A stretch of 64,000 bases of DNA, taken from positions 1 to 64,000 of the forward strand of contig MU058714.1 in the NCBI GenBank assembly GCA_013265495.1. The letters are read 5' to 3'. The position numbers and the translations under genes are program-made. This document shows, in pieces, positions 1-13,555 of this stretch; position 1 is the stretch's first letter; every line of letters begins with the position of its first letter. The stretch is from Vicugna vicugna (lineage: Eukaryota). The notes below the pieces were generated by a model, which was not told the origin of the DNA, did no database searches, and saw only the letters and a list, made by a program, of their open reading frames with translations.

Positions 1-469
1 CCGCCCTCCCCCAGCCCCCTCCTCATCACAGTGTGGGCTTTTAGCCCCAGCTCTGCCGCTCAGTGCTTGGGTGATGGAAGCTCCCTAAGCCTCAGTGCCG
101 GTCCCATCCCCGCCTGAGTGCTGGTGGTGCTCACCCCTGCACCGGCCGGGCTGGAGCCTCAGCCTGGAGCTCGGCTGGCTACCGCCCTCCGGCTGCAGGT
201 GCCACTGGGTTAGCCTTCCTGTCCCTGTCCTGGACGGAGGTCACAAGGGGCCCACATCTTGGCTGGAGTAGCCAGGGTTTGCAACACTGCAATGGGAGCC
301 CAACCCCTCTGGGACAGATGAGGACACAGAAGCCTGGAGAGGACACGGCTTGCCTAGGTTACGTGGCCAGTGAGTGCAGGGCCGGCATCTGGACCGGCTC
401 TGGACACCAACACTTCCCAGAGGAAATGACATTGACAACTGGTTTTGACTGAGCGTGTTTGTGGCACCA

Positions 470-580
470 GCTGCCTTTGCGTCATCATTTCATCTGTTCT
501 GAGGTGTGTGCTATTTATACGCCCATTTTACAGATGAGGAAACAGAGGCTCCCCACAACTAGCAAAGTGGATCTGATCTG
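470..580 (-). mobile_element. MIR SINE fragment
   Basis: cccattttacagatgaggaaacagaggct (522-550) is the reverse complement of the MIR core. Confidence 0.8.
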
Positions 581-847
581 GAGAGATAGGACACTTGCCA
601 ACTAGGAACCCTGGGCTCTGCCCACCCACCTGGCAGGAGACCACGTTCTCTGAAATGGGGATGTGAATTACTGTCTGTCACCAAGAGAGTCAGGAAAAAG
701 GACCAGTTTCATCTAGAGGGGAGCAGTTGGAGGTCTCAGCGATCAAGAGATGGAAGACACTGGTCCAGGGAGCTTGGTTAACAGGTGCGGGGGGTGGAGG
801 GGCTGAAGGGTGGTGGTGATGGTGGTAGAGTGATCCAGAAAAGCGGC

Positions 848-1152
848 TGTTAGGGACTGATTGTGTCCCACAAATTCATATGTTGAAGCTGATTTGACAG
901 CATTAGTGTCCTTAAAAGAAGACGAAGAGACACCAAAGATCTCCCTCCAACCCCACACGCACACAGAGGAAAGGCCTTGCGAGAGCACCGTGGGAAGGTG
1001 GCCGTCTGCAGGCCAGGAAGAGCACTTTCACCCGAAGCCAGCCCTGCAGGCACCTTGGTCCCGGCCCCCCACGTCCAGCACTGTGAGAAATAAACGTCTG
1101 CGGTTTCAGCGGCCCATGGCGCTTTGCTGGGTGGCCCCAGCAGGCTGACCCA
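848..1152 (+). mobile_element. MLT1A-like (ERVL-MaLR) solo LTR, internally deleted
   Basis: TG...CA ends; tgtgtccc..aaattcatatgttgaagc, gaaggtggccgtctgca.gccaggaagag and actgtgagaaataaa motifs; 5-bp TSD gcggc/gaggc. Confidence 0.85.
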
Positions 1153-1534
1153 GAGGCAAGGCAGCATCTGGGGATGGGAGGGTTGGGCTTGGAACGTGCG
1201 GACGATGCTGGGAATGTAAGCACCCCCATTTATAAGCACAGTTGGAAGTGAATGATTTCACTGTCAAATTTTGAGCATCGTGTTCCACCGGTGTTATATG
1301 CCCACAGATCTTAGACCCATACTCAGAGAGCCAGACCTAAGTCAGGGCCGCCTGCTGCCTGGGACGTGGGCTTCCAGGTGCCCAGGGCTGGTGCAGGACG
1401 CCCGCCCTCACAGATGCTCCTGCATCTCTGTTGTGAAGCTGGGTGGGTGAAGGAGGCCTTGTGCATCCTCTCCTCTTTCACCACCCACCGGCCCCCTTGG
1501 AACTCATGGGAACATCTTGGGAGTTAAAGTGACA

Positions 1535-1569
1535 GTGTGTGTGTGTGTGATTGTGTGTGTGTGTGTGTG
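1535..1569 (+). repeat. (TG)n microsatellite, interrupted
   Basis: Seen directly. Confidence 0.95.
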
Positions 1570-2471
1570 GTGTCCTTCCCAGAATAACCTAGACTGGAGG
1601 GGTGTCCAGAGGAAAGATCGCACGTCGGCATTCAGAACACCACCACGCCCACGGAAGATGACTGAACAGCTGCCGGTGCAGAAGTCACAAACCAACACGC
1701 ACGTGTGCACACAGCTCCCTGAGGAGACCACGAACCCATCAAAAAAGGATGCACGCAGTCCTGTTGCGTGTGATGCTCGGGACACCTGCGGGCTGGTCAG
1801 GCACAGCACACACGCACACACGGAGTCCAGGAACAGCAGGATGCCAGGCCTGCTGTGCCTCCCGCAGGCACCTTCCAAACCTACTGCTATGAAATCACTA
1901 TGAAGGGGAGCTTCACCCCCACCGACCATGAGCAACTGGTTGGTCCTCTGGTGTCAGCGGAGTGACACCTTTGGAGGGAACATACTCCTTCGATGGGCAT
2001 GCGTGTTAGAGAGTGAGCTTCAACTCAGGCCGGAGTACGTTATGCAAGTGGGTTGAAGAAGCACGTGGACTGGGGCTGTCTGGAATCTGGGACCAGATAC
2101 CATGCTGTGTGCTCACCCTGCTCAGAGCAGAACAGAATAAGCCAAAATATCCCGCTTGCTTTGCACAGCCCCAGGGAACCCGCACACACGCCGTCCTGGG
2201 CCCGGGAGAGAACACGATGCAGGGCCGGGCTGTCTGCAGGTGCAGTCCTCACATTTCCGTTGCAGAAAAGCTGTGGGCACGTGGGGCACGGCTCTGCTGT
2301 CCATCACGTGTCACTCAGAACATCCCGGGCAGGGTCTCCCGTAAGTCAGGGGCGGAAGAGGCAGCCCACCAAGCAGGTGAGCGCGAGAAAGGGCTGCCTG
2401 AAGGGTGGTCCGCTGTCGTCCCCAGGCCACAGGCATCACCTCCGTTGGCGGGCTGGGTAACGGATTTAGCA

Positions 2472-2585
2472 GGAGCTTCAGAGCCAGACAGACCTGGGTT
2501 CCAGTCCCTGGTGCAGACCAGCTGTGTGGCCCTGGGGACCTCCTATCAGCTTCGCACCTGCGCTTCTTTATCTGTGAAATGAGAC
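2472..2585 (+). mobile_element. MIR SINE fragment
   Basis: gagccagacagacctgggttcc...agctgtgtggccctgggg...atctgtgaaatg. Confidence 0.75.
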
Positions 2586-5064
2586 CAGCCCTGAGAGCTG
2601 GCGGGAGGGATGAGGCGCTGTGATGTGACTCTCCAGGGGCACGGAAGGGCCGGGCACTGGCTTGTGGTCACGCCGGGACGTTCCCGCTGCCCGCTGGATG
2701 GTGCACGGGCGTCCACAGCCCTGCACGGACGGCATGCCTGGCTCGGCTGCGGTCCTGCCCGGGGACCACACTGGGGGACCACCCTCAGGGGCTTTAATAC
2801 ATCCAAAGGCGTTAAAAACCAGTGAGTGGCCTTGAGGGGGCTGTTCTGAAGTACACACGTGCACGATCGCTCCCTTGGCCAAGCTCGCGCGGCGCCAGTT
2901 TTGGGTGCTCGCAGACCCTAATGAACAAAACCGCCATCAGGGAAATAAACAGCCATTAGGCTGGAAACAGACGCGTCCACAGAGGCACAACCTATTAATC
3001 TGATCATTGTTGAGCTGGTCCGTGGACTCTGCTGAGACAAATGCTTCTGCAGCGGGGGTGGGAAGGGACGAGAGGAGAATGACACGAATACCGAGGCTGT
3101 CGTACTGAGTTGCAGTTTTATTTGCTTCTTGAGATAGTGCTGACCACAAGCCCCGTGGCTTATTACTGACCAGGCAGTTCTGGAGCAGGCTTGGCGCGCA
3201 CAGGGACGGGGTCTGGGGCACAGGGAGCGTTGAGGGGGGCACTTTCCTGCCAATACCGACCAGGAGCAAGGGGACTGAAAACGCAGCCTTCGAAGGAGCG
3301 TGGGGGCGGGGCTGAGTGCCGAGGGAGCCGCGCGGGCTGAATAAAGTGCAGGAAGACGTCCATGCCAAAATGTTTTCCCCCTCAGGGATTCGCTGATGCA
3401 TTTCCTTTTCAGAAAAGGGTTCTTCTCTGCTCTCGGGAGCTGAATTTCATTCGGAATGAAAAATGACGAGAGTGAATTGGACCCACAGTGTGGACCCAGC
3501 CTGAAGTGTCCGCTCAATGCACTGCATGTTTGTTTAGCTGAGAGCCGGGGAAGGAGGCAGCTCCGTGCGCCAGGGCAGCAGGAAGAGGGGCAGGGGTGGG
3601 CGGGAGGCAGACGGGGGCCCTGGGGGGGCCGGGAGAGGGGGCTGAGAGGGAGAGGCCATCTCCGCAGGGGGCTCCTGCTGCCCACGCCCCGGGACGCCTG
3701 AATCCCTCAGGATGTAACTGCACGTGGCGGGCTGTCCTCACGCTCTGAGCATCCCTGGAACTTTGGTCAGAACCGTCACCCACGCTTCCTCCAAGCCCAG
3801 CGGTCGGCTGTACGACAGTGGGTCCAAAGTGCGGAGAGGCCAGCCTGCCGTGGCCTGGGTGGGCTCCTGGCCTGGGGAGGCTGGAGGAAGGGGAGGCTGG
3901 ACCTCTGGGAAGCAGACTGACCCTCGGCTCTACCTGGAGCTCATCAGCACCATCTTCGAAGCTCAAGTGCCCAGCCAGTGGTGCCTACTTTAACTGCGTG
4001 AGACACAGAACTAACGGGAAAGTGAGGAAGCAGCCGGCATCTAAGTGGCTCTGTGTTCAGAGCAGGTGCGGGAAGTTTCCATTTTCAGGGAAGACATCAA
4101 GGAGCGGGTGGGAAGAACACTCGTGCAAGCGTCGTGGGTGCTCTGCCACACGGACCAGGAAGGAGCAGCCACCGGTGGTGGCTTTTGCTTTCTTTCCTTG
4201 TTTCCTTTTTATGGCTTCTAGAACAAAGGACACAGATGAACCTTTCCCCAGGCTAAGATAACTTTCCTATTTTTCACGTGTGAACGTGGTCTGGCTTTGG
4301 AAATGCACCACATCAAGGTGAGACTGGTCGTTGGTGCTGGACCTGGAGGGAGGCCCCTTGGGAAGGATGCGCCGGCCGTCCCTGGGACTGCATTTCCGAC
4401 CCACGTGCAGGAGAGCCGTCCCTGCTGTCAGCACGGCAGCCGCGGCCGGTCAGGCAGCAGTGGGGCTCCAGCATCTGGTTAGCTGTGGCCTGGACACCGA
4501 CTCCAGCCCCTAGAACCATATGACTGTTTCAGAACAAATGTATTCCCCTCTGCTGATGGAATCGGACCCTCCTTTATTTACCTCTGTACTTTGAAGTGGA
4601 AGCGCATTCAGAAAGCCAGCTGATTTTTATCTGTGCCACGTTTCCCTGGGCCTGTGCCTGGTGCCGACAGACTTGTCTCAAATACAGAGCTGCTCTGGAG
4701 AACTGGGTGGAAAGTCTGTGTGCTCTTCGGGGTTTGGAAAATCTTTTGGTAAAGCCTGGGTTACGATATGTAATAACTTTCTTAAATGTTTTGTTCGTTA
4801 TCTTCAAATTCATAATCCAAATGTCTTGCTCATAAAACAATGGCAGTAATGAGAGAATTACTAAAAAATGGGAAGGTAGATGATAACTGAGTCAGGGACC
4901 ATCTTGGGGACTGAAGGCTCACAGGGGTCACAAGGAGATGGCTGGCAAGAGGCTTGCACATGGACAGATGCTTCCCCACCCAGCAAAGTCTGAGAGGACG
5001 TTGGGAGCCCTCCATCCTCTTTCAGCCCTGGTGTTCAGCTGGAAAAGAAGTCCCAGAGAGAGTC

Positions 5065-5215
5065 CACAGTCCTGGATTTGAAACCCTGCCCAGACACTTC
5101 TGTCTGTGTGACACCAGGGAAATGGTTTCATGTGCTGAGCCTCAGTTTTCTCATCTGCAAAATGGGAGTGGTGGGATGAGCCCTGCAGGGTGGTGGAGGG
5201 TTAGGGAGCTGATGT
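5065..5215 (+). mobile_element. MIR SINE fragment
   Basis: cctggatttgaaaccctg...ctgagcctcagttttctcatctgcaaaatggg. Confidence 0.85.
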
Positions 5216-7429
5216 TGGGCGAGGCAGGCCCTCAGCAGAGTAGCCCAGCCTACCTCTGGGGCTGGGACCCTCTCCTAGATCCCACATAGGGAAGCTGGTG
5301 CCCCACTTCTTCTGTCCCAGACAAGTGGACAGCCAAAGGCACAAGGAACGTGCCCATTGCCCCTTCCTGTTCTGTGTGGATGGGATGGTGCACGTCCACA
5401 ATCACACACTCACGCTGGCTCACGTGACACTCTATCCTGGCTCCACCGTCTCCAGCCAGCAGCGCCTCCACGCGGTCTAGCATAAAGCCATTGCGCCAAG
5501 TAGATAATGGCCTGTGAACAAATACACTGGACGGAAACACGAGAGCAGCTCGCGTCTACAGGAGCCCTGCTGTGAGCCATGCGGTTTCCTGAAGGCCATG
5601 GATAGTGCCCCAAACCACCCGTTCCGGCAGCTGCCTTGGAAAGGCTGCATCTCTGTGCCCTGGGGTCCGTTCAAGTCCCACATAGAAACCAGTGAGCGGG
5701 GAGGCCCCGGGCAAGGGACGCTCCAAGACGCGCTTCTGTCGGACACCCTGCGCGGTGCCCTCCGGGAAGATGGGTCCTGATGCAGCCGTCCGTGGCTGCT
5801 GCCAACTCCTCTCTGAGTGCTCGCAGGGACCCTCTCATGCCACCTGTGGCTACACGGATTGGCTCCTGTGCCTTAGTGGTCACCCGGAACTTTCTAGAAC
5901 TTCCTTCCTCTTAGGACAGCCTGGCCGTCCCTGGCTTCTCAGCTCTACTGAGTGGGGCCCTGGCCCCCTCTTGCAGCCACGTTCCCCATGCCCCCAGCTG
6001 CCACCTGCCGTCATGCCCCAAAGGGAGAGCCCCCCCCTGCTGTGGCCTGTTTCCAAAGACCGGCAAAGCCTGTTGACCAGAACGAGTGGTGAGGGAGGCA
6101 CCGAACGCCCTGCGTCTGACAGCTGTGCAGTGAGTCTGCACCTCCCTGGGCTGGTTTCCTTCTGACATGACGGGGCAGGGAACAGCCTTGCCGGCCGCCC
6201 CAGGAGAGCCGCATCTCCACAGCCTTTCCTAACCCCCCACGAGGCCGGTTCAGTGGCTCCGTGGTTCCTCTCCCTTGGTGCTGAGATAGGAAAGGGTGGG
6301 ATGTGGAGAGATGAACCCTGGCTGTGTGTTAACATGGAAGCTGTCGGGAAGCCCAGTCCTGCTGACCAGCTCGCGTGGGAGCCCAGGGGCCCAGCAAAGG
6401 GATGCCCTCCAAGGTGGCCCCTGGGTCCCCATCCCCTCCCAGGCATTGGCCAAAGCCTGGTCAAGAGGCACGGCCATCGTGGAGACAGTGTCCCCCATGG
6501 GTCCCGCAGGCACACATCCACAGTCTTCCCTGGACAGAGAAACGGAGAGCAAGGAGCCAGGGGCAGGCTTCCCTCCGCACGAGAAGCCCTGACCGGGCTC
6601 ACAGCTCTGGAGCAAGCCCTGGGCGGGGAGAACAGACCTCTGTGAACGAGGACGACGCATTGCGGGAGGGCCTGCGAGGGTGCCTGTTGCAGAGCACGGG
6701 ATGCTTCTCAGCGAGCGAAAGGTGGCCCCCACTGCCCCGGCCCTGGGTCCTGCCCGTGCTAAGGCAGGGCTTCCTCGCCTGTCGGCCCCCAGAGACCGTC
6801 AAGTCACATTTCTACCTGAAAGCACCACCTCCCCCCACCAAACACCCAAACAGCCTTTCCCCAACCCGCAGAGACCCTGGAATGTGGAGCGTCTGTGCAG
6901 AGAGGGATGGAAATTGGGTTTCAATTGATCCATTTTCCCTCTAGATCTGGTTTGCATTGAGTGGGGGGCAAGGGGGAGAGATGGATCAGCACGGATGCCT
7001 GGGAGGCCCTTTTCTCCACATCAGCGGTCTCCTTCTCTGCCCTCGTGCTCTGCAAAACCCACAACGTGGGGGCCCCCAGCCAGGACCCTAGCAGGGCCAG
7101 CCCGTTGACAGGAGATCCAGTCAACAGTGGGTACCTGGGCCAGGACAGGTCGCCGGAGGCTGCTGGGGAGAATCGGTGGTTCTCAGGTGGGCTCTGTGGG
7201 TGGGGTTGGAGAGCACAGGAGAAGGATGGAGCCGCCTTTGCTGAAGGGGGAGGTCCCACAATGCTCCTCCCAGAAGCTTCCTGGTGTGCGGGGCTGTGCT
7301 GACCTCTGGCTGCGTCCCTGTTCCTCCAACCATGAGCTTCTGGGATGAGAGCGACTGAGGACATGAGAAGCTGCATGTTCTCTCTCCCCGCCATACACAC
7401 AGGTGTCAAGGGCGTCTTAAAGGGGAGCG

Positions 7430-8075
7430 CTCCTGCACACAGAGGCACAAGGGGTGCATTTCCAATGGCCGAAGTTGGGAACAGCCCCCATGCCCACCCA
7501 CAGATGAGTGGATAAACAAAACAGGTGCATCCACAGGATGGAAGAGCGCTTGGCAAAAAGGAGGAATGAGGCACTGATACACGTTATAGTGCGGTGAACC
7601 TTGGAAACATCATGCTGAGTGAAGGCAGCGGGACACAAAAAACCACCCATGGAACGCATCCTTTGATACAGACCGTGCAGAACTGGGAAGTCGATGGGGA
7701 CAAAACAGGCTGGTGTCGACCGGGGCCACAGGAAAGGGGAGCCCGAGGAGTGGCTGCCTAATGGGTACGGGGCCTCCTGCTGGGGTGATCACCACGTCCT
7801 GGAAATAGTGAAGTTCACTTTAAAATGGATGGTTTTATAAAAGGTGCAATCTCCCGTGTATACAATAAATAAGCTACAAAGATACATTGTGCAGCAAAGA
7901 TGCACGATATTATACAATACTGGCTGCATTCCCTGCGCCATACAATATGCTGCACATCTGAAACTAATAGAAAGTTGTAAATCAATGCTACCCCAATTTT
8001 TAAAAACTAAAGACAAAAAAGTAAAATGGGTAATTCTATGTTAGACAAATTTTACTTCAATACTTTTTTGAAAAA
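7430..8075 (+). mobile_element. L1MB-type LINE-1 3' end, interrupted by a younger L1
   Basis: gatgagtggataaacaaaa, gaaccttggaaacatcatgctgagtgaa, taatgggtacgggg and cactttaaaatgg motifs. Confidence 0.8.
7839..8022 (+). mobile_element. Younger laurasiatherian/cetartiodactyl L1 3' terminal fragment nested in L1MB
   Basis: aataaataagctacaa.gata.attgt.cagca and ctgaaactaata...ttgtaaatcaa motifs, A-rich tail, degenerate 17-bp TSD at 7822-7838 and 8023-8039. Confidence 0.75.
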
Positions 8076-9309
8076 GTTAAATTAAAAAAAGGGAACTAGA
8101 CTGGGATGTACAGGTGACACGGGTGTGGGGTGTCTGGGTCAACTGCATTTTTACATTTTTCAACTGCAATTTGCACTCTTCTAGCCCTTTAATAATCTTT
8201 TTTTTTTTCCAATCTGGCCATGGGGAATGATACGAGAGCCAGCATTTTCTTTTGCCTTTGAAGGTCTCCCCTCACCTTTCCCCCGCTTGCAGGATTTCAG
8301 TAATCTGAGTGTGCACTGACTTGTCAGCCATGCTCAGCCGTGTCCTTGCTTCTAGGAAATCAGGAGACCCTGGACCCACCTGCAAACACTTACGTTTTCG
8401 TGGGTGGGTGTCTCCACCACAATGTGCCTCGAGTAGGAAGATTTCAAGGCAAGTGGCAGCAAGACGAAGGCAAAGACCTCGCCCACAGATCCTGTCCCTG
8501 CCCACGTCCTGGGCTGTGGCTGTGATGTGGACGAAGGTGGGTGTGTGGAGGGGCAGCGAGGCTGGGATGGGGAGGAGCCGTGACACCACGACGCCAGCGT
8601 CGTGTCCTGTCCAGCTTGTTCACAGCGGTCATTTTGCATTCTGCCTCAACAGCCACATCATATGACCCCATGATGCCAGCAGGCGACGGAAATTCAGCTG
8701 CGTTTCCCAAGACCGGGAGAGTCAGACAGAACCTATGCTTCCCTTGTGCCCTTTTCAAGGCTAAGCTACTAAAAGCTTGCAGATGTGGGGCAGGCACGGG
8801 GGAGACAGAGACCGGAGAGGCTTTTGGAGCAGGAACGTTCATACACTCGATGGTCCAACACGCATTCACCCCAAGGCAGGCGCCAAGCCCTCCCCGCCAG
8901 GCACGGGCTGGGCTTCAGGCATGACGGTCTTTCCCTGGGGGGGCGTGTCTGCCTATTGACTCAATCTCCCCACTTCGGGGTGTTCCAAAGTTAACCCCTC
9001 CAAAACCAAATCCCCAAGAGCCAACCTGCCCCTTTTCCCTTGCGTGACCTGCACTTACTCAGATCACAGACTCTGGGGACAGCTGAGTCTGTCTTCTCTC
9101 ACGCCCACACCCGATCCATCAGCAAGCCCCCGGGGGTCCACTCTTGAAACAGAGCTGGGCTTCCACTGTTGGTCACCTCCACTGGAGCAAAGCAAAACCT
9201 CCCACCCGGTCCGGCCGCTCTGCTCTGGCCCAGGAGGCACCAATGATTGGCAGCAAGGCAGCCAGTGTGATCAATTTCCAAGGGAGTCAGCGGCACCAAC
9301 AGCCTGGCT

Positions 9310-9635
9310 GTGACCCCTCCAACGCCCCCATTTCACTCAAAGCCAAGCCCCAGAGGCCCCACCTGCCTCCCTTTCCTCGTTCTGTTCCAGCGCATCCTCC
9401 TCGCTGTTTCACCTTTGGGTCTTTGCTCAGATGTCACCTCCTCCGTGAGGCCTGCCTGCCTCCTTCTTAGCCTCCAAGCCCTCCTCCACCCCCTCTCTCA
9501 GGCCCTGGGAGCTCCTGGGGCGGCACATTTGTGTGTCTTGTTCACCTCTGAACCCTCAGCACCTAGAAGGGTGCCTGCCCCACACATGTTGGAAACCAGT
9601 GAGGTCTCACTGAACAGCTGGATGATTGAAAGGAA
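9310..9635 (+). mobile_element. L2 LINE 3' end
   Basis: ctcagatgtcacctcctccgtgaggcct and tcttgttcacctctgaaccctcagcacctagaagggtgcctg. Confidence 0.8.
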
Positions 9636-10229
9636 AATGAAAAAGGCAGTCCCTGCCCTCCAGGCACCTCCAGGCACCCCCAGGCCCCCCGGGAGGACTG
9701 ATCGGAGAACAAACACTGGCAAAGCAGAGACGGGACAGGTACAGAGGTCTGCCCGCCCGCCTAGCCATCCAAAGACAGTCTTCCCATGACTCAAGCTGTC
9801 CCAACCTGACTTCCCTTTCCAGAACCAACATCCCATAAGTGTGGCCCCCAAACCACTGCCCGCTTTATTCTCTCCCATTCCCCCAGCCTGACATCTGGTC
9901 CCCCCATGCAGGTCAAACTGCTGTCACGATGCGCAAAATGTGCAGCTGCAAAACGTGACAGATGTTCCTCCATCCTTACTGACGGCACCGCTCACAGGAT
10001 CAGTCACGCCCTCATTCCCGCCGCTCTCTGTCTACTTTGGCGGCATCCATGCTCGGCACCATGTCTGGCTGTTCCTTCTTCCACATTTCATTTCCCTTGG
10101 GCCCTGTCTTCACTTCCCTGGTCTTCTCAGGCCAGCTGCCCTCCACCGAGATGACCTTATAGACCTCCGTGTTTCAGACCCCCAAACCAATATGCCTGAC
10201 CCAGTACCTTCCCGGATTTCAGAGTTCAT

Positions 10230-10340
10230 CAGAGAGGTAACGGGGAGAGGTAGAGTGTTCCAGGCAGAAGGAGCACCTTGTGAAAAGCACCACTCCTGAA
10301 GGGGAATGAAGTGCTGGGAGCCTGAACTGGGTGGTTCACT
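10230..10340 (-). mobile_element. L2 fragment
   Basis: agagtgttccaggcagaaggagcaccttgtgaaaag matches the antisense L2 motif. Confidence 0.6.
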
Positions 10341-11514
10341 GTGGATAAAATGTAAGCAGCAGGGAAAGAGGAGGAATGAACAACCGGACCGGGTCAGGGC
10401 AGAGATGCCGGGCGGCCGCTGCAGCCGTGGGCAACGGTCGGGCGGAATCAGTCATGGGCAACTTCGCATTACTTGCACATCCAGGAAACTATGCCACCAG
10501 AACCTGTCTCCTCTGGCCTCTGCCGCCCGTCATACCCCAGACACCCCCTCTAGAGGCACAGAACAGGGCACTGGGCGTCTGACCGGTCTGCACAGCCCTC
10601 TGCCCACTCTGCGGTCTCAAGCCCGCGTGGGTGGCTCTCCACGCGGGAAGAGGGCCGTCCTGGGGCCCCTGGCTGGCCCAAGTCTCTGTCCCTTCAGGGC
10701 TGGGAAGCTGAAGGCAAAGGGACAGAGAAGAGTGTAGAATGTTCTCGAAAACCAGAACTTATCTCTCCCCGGTGGATTAGTGGGCGTTCCGGGACTGGTT
10801 TTGTTGACCACTGGGCACTGGGACCCAGTGGCCTTGCCCACCCTCAGCGCTATCGAAGAAGCCAAACTCTCAAGTCCCCAGCAACAACCCCCTCCTTTGC
10901 CCTCGGCCATCCAGAGTGAGCCCCCAAGCAGCCCCGTCTTTTCTGTTGGGCCTGCAGCCCCCGCCTCCTTGCTCTCAGTGCTGGCGACAGCTGAGGTGCT
11001 GCTCTCCTCGACGTGCGGTTCTAACCCCCGGCCCAGGTCCCTGGCTTGGGGGGCAGGCCTCCGGGACCTCCCCTTCCGAGTCATCTTTAAAGCTGGTTCT
11101 AGCACTCAGGGCTGCCTCCCAGCCCTTAGCCTCTGGTTCAGAGCCTCCCCCAGAAAGTGGTGTATTTTATCTTTATGTGTCAGGATTTATATAAAAAGGG
11201 GATAGTTCAACTCTAAATGTAATGAGTTGGAAGAACAGCTCTCGGGTGGCTTTCTCTAGTGAACACGGCATCAATAACATTGATTGCTAAAAATAACTAA
11301 TAACACCAGGCCAGGGGTGGCCGGGGACCGCTCCAGTCCCGCCTCTGACAGGGGTGCAGGGAGAGCAGGCTCTGGCCTCTGCACACGGGCTCCTCCAGCA
11401 GGTGAGTGCCTGGCGGCGTCCAGCCGGGGTGGGGAGGGGAAGCAAATGCCCTCTGGGTGCTGGTGGCGGGGGGGAGGGCAGGACCCTCTGAGCCCTGGAT
11501 GTGCCTGGGAGGTC

Positions 11515-11605
11515 TGGCAGGGGATGAGCCTCGGTTTCCGCACCTGGAAAACGGAGACTCATGACCCCCTCGCTGGGCCAGCATCACAGGTGTCTTGTGG
11601 GGACG
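11515..11605 (+). mobile_element. MIR fragment
   Basis: gagcctcggtttccgcacctggaaaacgg. Confidence 0.6.
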
Positions 11606-13439
11606 CCATTCCAGGCCTGCATGCAGGTCTTAGCCTCCTGCCTGGCACACAGGGAGCAGCTCCACACGTGCTGTGGTTGAAGGCTGCTTCTCCGTACAGT
11701 CAAGGGAGGGATCCCGGCACAGGCCGTTAGCGAGCAGAGACTGGGACTGATGCAAATGACCCTCACTAAGGGCCTTCCGAGCTCAGGCCCGAGGGAAATA
11801 AGTGGTGTATAGGATTAAGGGTCACCCAGATCAGAGAAGCTATCGTTTTTGACAAGGCAGATGGACAAGCACAGATCATGTGCATCTCATTTACCTCCAG
11901 AGACTTCTCCTCTGGGTTTGACGACTGCTGGACAGAGGGGCTCCACCACACATGCAAAATCAATTCTTGCATGGCCTCGGCTCTGGTCCCTCTGCCCTTG
12001 ACAATGCTGGCGGCTTCTCCCAGGAACAGCCAGAGCGCTTGAACAGGAATCCACGCTGGGGTTGGGGGGGGGTCAACAGCGCTTCCTGCCTTTCCAGAAG
12101 GATTTCCTCACTTAACCTCTCCTCCTGTCTCCCACTCATCTCCTGGGACTTCAGGAGAAGAAGCAAATTAGAAGTGAGGTGTTAAGGGCTGGGGGAGTGA
12201 AGGACCACAATAAAACGCCTGCCTGCCGTTAAGGAAGAGAGCAATTTAGCTGGCCCCAAACAAGTCTAAGTTAATAGAGATGAAATAATGTGTTTTAAAA
12301 TTAATAGCACAGATGTCAGCTCTGATGGCCAGGGTATTAAAGCATACGGTCACTGGCGTACTCTTTGTGAGGCTATTTCCTGTCTCACGTGTGCCCTGGG
12401 TACGCGGAAAGACCTCCGGCTGTCTTCGGTGCCGCATTCTGGATTCCAGGGTAACTCCATCAGTTGAGTTGGAGGGTGAGAGATAAGAAAGTCGCTGTGG
12501 ACTTGCATTCACTTAGCTGGTCCACATGGATTTGTAATGAAATATAGGAGGTATCTGCAGCACTCTATTTCAAACGTGGGAATTTATTGAGGCATCTTGC
12601 AAACGCTCCCGGTGGGGGTGCTCCTCCTCCCAGCAGGAGAAATGGGGTCGAGGGCACGTCCCACAGCCCTGCATCGCTAGCACACCCCCTCGCACCAACA
12701 GTCCCTTACTGCATCAGCGACAGGCACTGCAGTGCTTCGGGATGGCTCACTGCCTGGGAGGCAGGACCAAACACCGGGTTTTCTCTGAAGTCTCCCTTGA
12801 TCTCTGTTCTCAGGGACAGGCAGCAGTGTAGGAGAGTCCCTGTCCTCATGGGGCAAAGAGGGAACACAGCCCGTTCCCCGACCACTCCCCGAGCCTTTCT
12901 GGATGGCCCCGCGTGGCTCCTCTATGTTCAGTGGAAGAAAGGGAACTCTCTTTGCAGGCTGGCTATGAGAAACTGGGTCCGCGTGTGACAGTTATGCTGA
13001 CATAAAGACTTCACCATGGAGCCAAACCTCGAACTTCGCAATGCTCAGCCTCACTCCTGGACTGGAGGCGTGGGTTTGGCCATGACCAGCTCCCACCACC
13101 TAACGAGCTGCTGCAGCTTAGAGACCCCAAAGCCAGACCCCGGAGCGCCATCAGCAACTTCCCCTGATCCCTCATGCTGAGAATTTCATGAGTGGTCAAT
13201 GTTGTGGGGTTACTCTAAACTGTCATGAATCTTCAGCAATCATGCTGCAGTGAGAGGGGCTTTGTTTTAAAGCCAAAGGAAGCCATCAACTCCAAGGACA
13301 CCAGGACACATCAGAGGACAGGACTAGGAGAGACACCAAGATGAGGAAGATCAGGGCGCACTCTTCACAGAGTCAGAAAGTGTGGTGGGACCGCTCCACC
13401 TCCAGGGCAGCATTTATGACACAGTGTCTTGACTGGCCA

Positions 13440-13555
13440 TGTCCCACTACCCCGAAGGCAATCAGAGGACCTGGACGCTGTCACCACCCCAAGCATGGTC
13501 CTGAATTGTGCCAATACAGAGAAGATGCACAATAAATACTGAAGGAATGAATTAA
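13440..13555 (+). mobile_element. L2 3' terminus
   Basis: tgcacaataaatactgaaggaatgaat terminal motif. Confidence 0.5.

Noticed and set aside
3925..3993. Coding-looking stretch LYLELISTIFEAQVPSQ
   Set aside because: There is no convincing splice acceptor or donor, and I recognise no homology.
5998..6011. CTCF-like motif (ACGGCAGGTGGCAG on the minus strand) and similar partial matches
   Set aside because: Partial CTCF matches are frequent at this GC content and cannot be supported without PWM or ChIP data.
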